Of a stretch of 64,000 nt of DNA, positions 59,818-64,000 are shown one piece after another. The position numbers and the translations under genes were made by a program. Position 1 is the first letter of the stretch, and every line of letters begins with the position of its first letter. Source of the DNA: Nymphaea colorata (lineage: Eukaryota); NCBI RefSeq assembly GCF_008831285.2, contig NC_045138.2, positions 18,724,001 to 18,788,000 on the forward strand, read 5' to 3'. The notes beneath the pieces were generated by a model. That model ran no database searches and was not told the DNA's origin. It saw nothing but the letters and a program-made list of their open reading frames with translations.

Positions 59818-62489
59818 CTGGAAGCCAACATGAGAGAGGGAGAGCGAGAGACGGATGAGGATAATATGTTCGGTTTCTTAATTGCAATTACAATCACGCT
59901 CGAGTCTGGGCTAAAAATTCTATAAAAGCCATAAGCATCGCCAAGTTAGCTACTCCAATAAATCTGATTGCGAACCAACGAATTTCTTTTGTTCTGTTCC
60001 CATACAAAACAAATCCTTTGGAGGTCCGCTACCGCTAGGCTAGTTCCTACTAAATTCTAGTTCATTCTGGATTAGCAACGGGAAATGCTTTGGGAATTAT
60101 TTCCACCCAACAAACATATCAGTTGGAGATCTAAAATGCACAAATAAAAGAGGCAAGGTGATCTTTTATCTCTGGGCAATAGCTACTGAGACAATCTGTA
60201 TTTCATTGAATCTTACACCCGAAGGAGAGGTCGCCGTGCTTCCAGGCGCATAAAGCAGTAGTAGCAACCCTAGATACCAGCAATCTTTGAGATTCGGCCT
60301 TATCAAGCATCAATAACCTTTGTGAAAGAAAACGACCTCCCAGTATCAATAAGAATTATATTTCTTTGCAGAACGAGTTTCAAATGCAAGATGCTAGCTT
60401 TTTCATTTGTAGCAATATCATTTTGATTTATCAAGTGCAACGGATAGTGGTATATGTAGCCAAGTTGCAGACATGCTAAAAACAGGTAGCTTCTGTCAAG
60501 ATTGCCACCATGCACTGCAAGATCCTAAGAATTCAATAAGGAGCCGAAGATAGACAAGTGCCTCGCATGGTGCTGGATCATAATCATAATCATCAAATAC
60601 AAACATCAAAAGTAGATTACACTTGCAAAGAAATACCGTAAAGAAACCTTAACCCTCAAAACTCAGTGGGATTCTTAAACACCAGCCTCAGTAAGGACTC
60701 GGTGGCCATAAGTGGCCACAATCCAATATAGAGGGAATTGCGCCTAGACCGTGTCACAACTTAGAAAGCAAATCCACATGACTTCAGTAAAAGCATAATG
60801 CGAGACTTCTGAAATTGAACTTGACATGTTCCATTAACTTCCAAGAGCATGCTCCACATTAGGAGATCGGTAATGAGAAAGGTTATCCCAAAAAGATTTT
60901 CAGCCTGTGCACTTTTTCCCCAAGATATCAAATTGATCTGGTTCTTTTAACAGCCACCTTTTATGGGGGAAGTAAGTACCTATGTTGTTAAAAGAGCTAG
61001 GTGCAGGTCAGCAATGGGTTAAGCCTAGAATCTAAGGTAAGCCTGCGTGGAATTTGGGAAATTACATTATACAACAGTGATATGCAATAGTAAAATTAAA
61101 ATTCAACAAAAAAAATTGATGCATTTTTAAATGAAAAGCAAACGGTTATCAATTTATAATAAAGCAACACAATGCAATGCACAAGTAATTTAACATCAAT
61201 GTTCTTAATGTTTAAAAATAAAAACATGCCAGTTGACTTAAATCAGGTCAGATCAGACCTCCATTGGGTCAATCATGTAGGTGGACTTGGGGTCATATGT
61301 CGGCTTGACTCAATCAGAAACTCACTTGATGGCTGACTCACTGACCATCAGAGGCTCAGGCCTCAGCCATATTTTTCCATCACTTGAACAACTCGGGAAG
61401 AGTTACGACTCATTGCTGAACCAGCAGAGCTAAGCAGTGGCATTCATGTAAGAGTACAATATTTGACTTTTTTTCTTAAGTTGAAAACCAATGTTTAAAA
61501 GACAGGGATCCCGAGATCTGGGTTCCCTCATCCAACTGTCAGAACTCTCAGTGGCCAACCCACTCCAGCGACAACTATGTTTCCAGCAGCCAGCTTTGAT
61601 GCTTCCTGGGACGTGAACAGTAACTCCAGAAACTGGAAAAGGCGATCGAAATATATTCTGTACTTTTGCCTTTTTTCAGTATTGTGCTGCTGATTTTACT
61701 TTTTTCCCTTTTTTTGGTTTTGATCTCTGGATGGTTTCCTGGTGGTGAGGAGGGATAACTTTTGACTGCTCTCCCTCCCTTTCATTTTCGCCATTTGGCA
61801 GTCCTCAATGTTCATTGTCTGTCTCTTTTTCAGTTCCCCATTGTTTTCCTTTCTCGTCTCAGATGTACCTTTAATGGATGTTACTGAACTTATGTCAAGT
61901 ATTCAAGTAATCAGGCCATGTATACTTCTTTTTACTGTTCATAACTTCATATGATTATTTCTATAAAGTTTTCCCTTCAAACCAGTAGTAAACAAAACCT
62001 GGACAGAGTTACCGAGTTCACCTGGTCAGTCACAGATTCACAAATCAAGAAGGGAGGAGTTGAGACCCAAGTCACTGGGTTTTGCAAATTTGATTGTTTT
62101 GTTCATAGATCATACAAGGTATACTAACTTCCTAAAAACAATTGGTAAATTTCAATATCTATTTTGACTATGTAAAAGCCTAAACTAAAACTTCAATTAC
62201 TAATCTATGGAAAACAAAAAAAGAAATCTTCAACATCTCACTATACAAAAAAAATGTCGTTATCCATTCATCATACGCATACACACACTTTCAATACCAA
62301 ATCATATGCAACATTAAAAAATGAGGAAAAGAAACATCTGCATAAAAATAGAAGCACTACTTAATAAGATAGTCGATAGAAGAAGAAAAAAAACCAAAGA
62401 AAAAGCCAGTCTCAAATAGCAAAGGAAGAAAAAGAAGATGGAAGGAAAATATCTAGGTCATTTAAGAGAAAAAAATATATGTTGTTGAG

Positions 62490-63280
62490 TGCATAGGTGA
62501 GTCTAGGTGGCCTAAACATTCGTGAATGGCAGGCTGCACAGGAATAACTGGCCTAGATAATCCTACAGGGCTAGGTGAGCCTAGAGGCAAGCCTAGGGAC
62601 TATTCGAATAACAAAGGTGAGTACCAATTTGTAAGAACAGGCGTTATGGCAAGTAACCTTTCCCCAAACTTTTTGCTGCTTCACATCTTTGATTGCAGGA
62701 CTTTAGCTTTTGCAACCTAGTACCATAAACATCTAGCAGAACCTACTTCAGAAGCTTTCTTTTACTTGGAGTTTCATATAATCATCTCTGAGGTTTGTTT
62801 GCAGAACATACTGAAACTTCTTTTAGTAGGCTAACACTGGAAGCGTTAGAACAAGGAAGTAACCCCAGCTTTTCACATAACAGCCACACAGAATGCTCTT
62901 TTTTCTTTTCTTGTCCAACCTTGTCTTGTTTGGATTGTAAGAGCCAGCAAAGATGAAACTTTCTTGAACTACATGGTGAACACAACTTTTAGAACATACA
63001 TTTTCTCGTGACTTATAGGCTTAGTTAAAAGTGCTACAAATGCCTAGGCGATGCTACACAACAGAAGAAATGGAGAAATAAACAAGGAGTAGGAAAAAGA
63101 AAAACAGGAAAGAGTCATGGAAAAACTCCATCTTGATCGGTATAATAAAAAAATATGAAGTTATGAACCAAGAAAGAAAATTAAGGTTAAAAATTGTAAA
63201 AGTGAGACTATTTGTTAGACTGCCTAGGTGCCTCATCCTAGGCGTTTACTCTACCACCCAGCACCTAGGGTATTTTTAGC
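62490..63280. mobile_element. Degenerate non-autonomous DNA-transposon relics with repeated CCTAGG/GCCTAG motifs
   Basis: Clusters of CTAGG/GCCTAG at about 62500-62600, 63040-63050 and 63220-63270, like the subterminal motifs of plant hAT-like elements. No TIR or TSD resolved. Confidence 0.35.
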
Positions 63281-64000
63281 TACAAAATTCACATAAAATA
63301 AAATATCTTCAAGATCTCTATGTTGCCATCCAAATGTCTGACACAAAAATATTTGCAATACTTTGACAGAAATTCCAAACTAGAACTCACAAAGTTAATG
63401 ATTGGATTAATAGTTTTGTTTTCTTCAAAGTCGATAATCAACTAAAACCACAGATATTCAACGCACCAGAAGCAACATACATTTCATACATTTCTTAAAC
63501 AGCAAATGGAAAGTTCCAGCATTGCTTCTTCAAATGATACGGGATGGGAATACCTCATGGAATCATAAAAGCCGTTCTTCAATCAAAAGAAGCTAACAGA
63601 TATTCCAAATTGGCAATTGAACCTGCAGCTTTTGAAATTGCACAAAAATAAGCAAATCATTATCTGCCTGCATACTGCAGGAATAACAAATGCTCCAAAT
63701 CCAAATAAGATAGTACCTAAGCACATTGATACCAGAAGGACCATCATTATGTTCAAGACAGTCACATGTCTATGAATCAAGCAGTAAGTCACGGATTGTA
63801 AAATGAGATTCAAGCCTACTGGAACCCCTATTAAGCAGTACAATTTGCAGTAATCTGTGGGCAGCAAGGCCGTCTAGCAACTAAGAATACATAAAGTTCC
63901 ATCTACGGGTCTATCTTTATCCACCAATGAAGAGGAGTTATCTCTCAATGAGCATAAACAGTCTCATTGCGCCTTGGCGGTCTATCAGGTATTGTTCCTG

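Overview
Plant (angiosperm) nuclear DNA; the species cannot be fixed from the sequence alone. Seven protein-coding genes are well supported: (1) a 10-exon type I inositol polyphosphate 5-phosphatase (+, 4019-7650) with an apparent GC-AG intron; (2) a two-exon FCS-like zinc finger gene (-, 27100-29548); (3) a CC-NB-ARC-LRR immune receptor (-, start 39052) whose predicted last exon and 3' UTR run into six near-identical 520-521 bp tandem repeats (31273-34399); (4) an intronless plant membrane protein (+, 42272-42994); (5) a six-exon vicilin/7S globulin with three N-terminal C-X3-C hairpin modules (-, 45265-48260); (6) an intronless 675-aa secreted polyprotein of twelve C-X3-C...C-X3-C hairpin modules with no cupin domain (-, 49912-51939); (7) a P-class PPR gene (-, 55482-57824). 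The strongest candidate for a new system is the pair (5)+(6). The hairpin polyprotein shares its start context, 5' UTR, proximal promoter and Cys spacing with the adjacent vicilin, so it looks like a vicilin exon-1 duplicate that lost the storage domains and amplified an A/B hairpin dimer five times. Intergenic DNA holds hAT-type MITEs with 8-bp TSDs, other MITE relics, a probable L1 relic, a 5' U2 snRNA fragment, a 230-bp tandem duplication and microsatellites. All exon boundaries and alignments were read by eye; no database searches were run.
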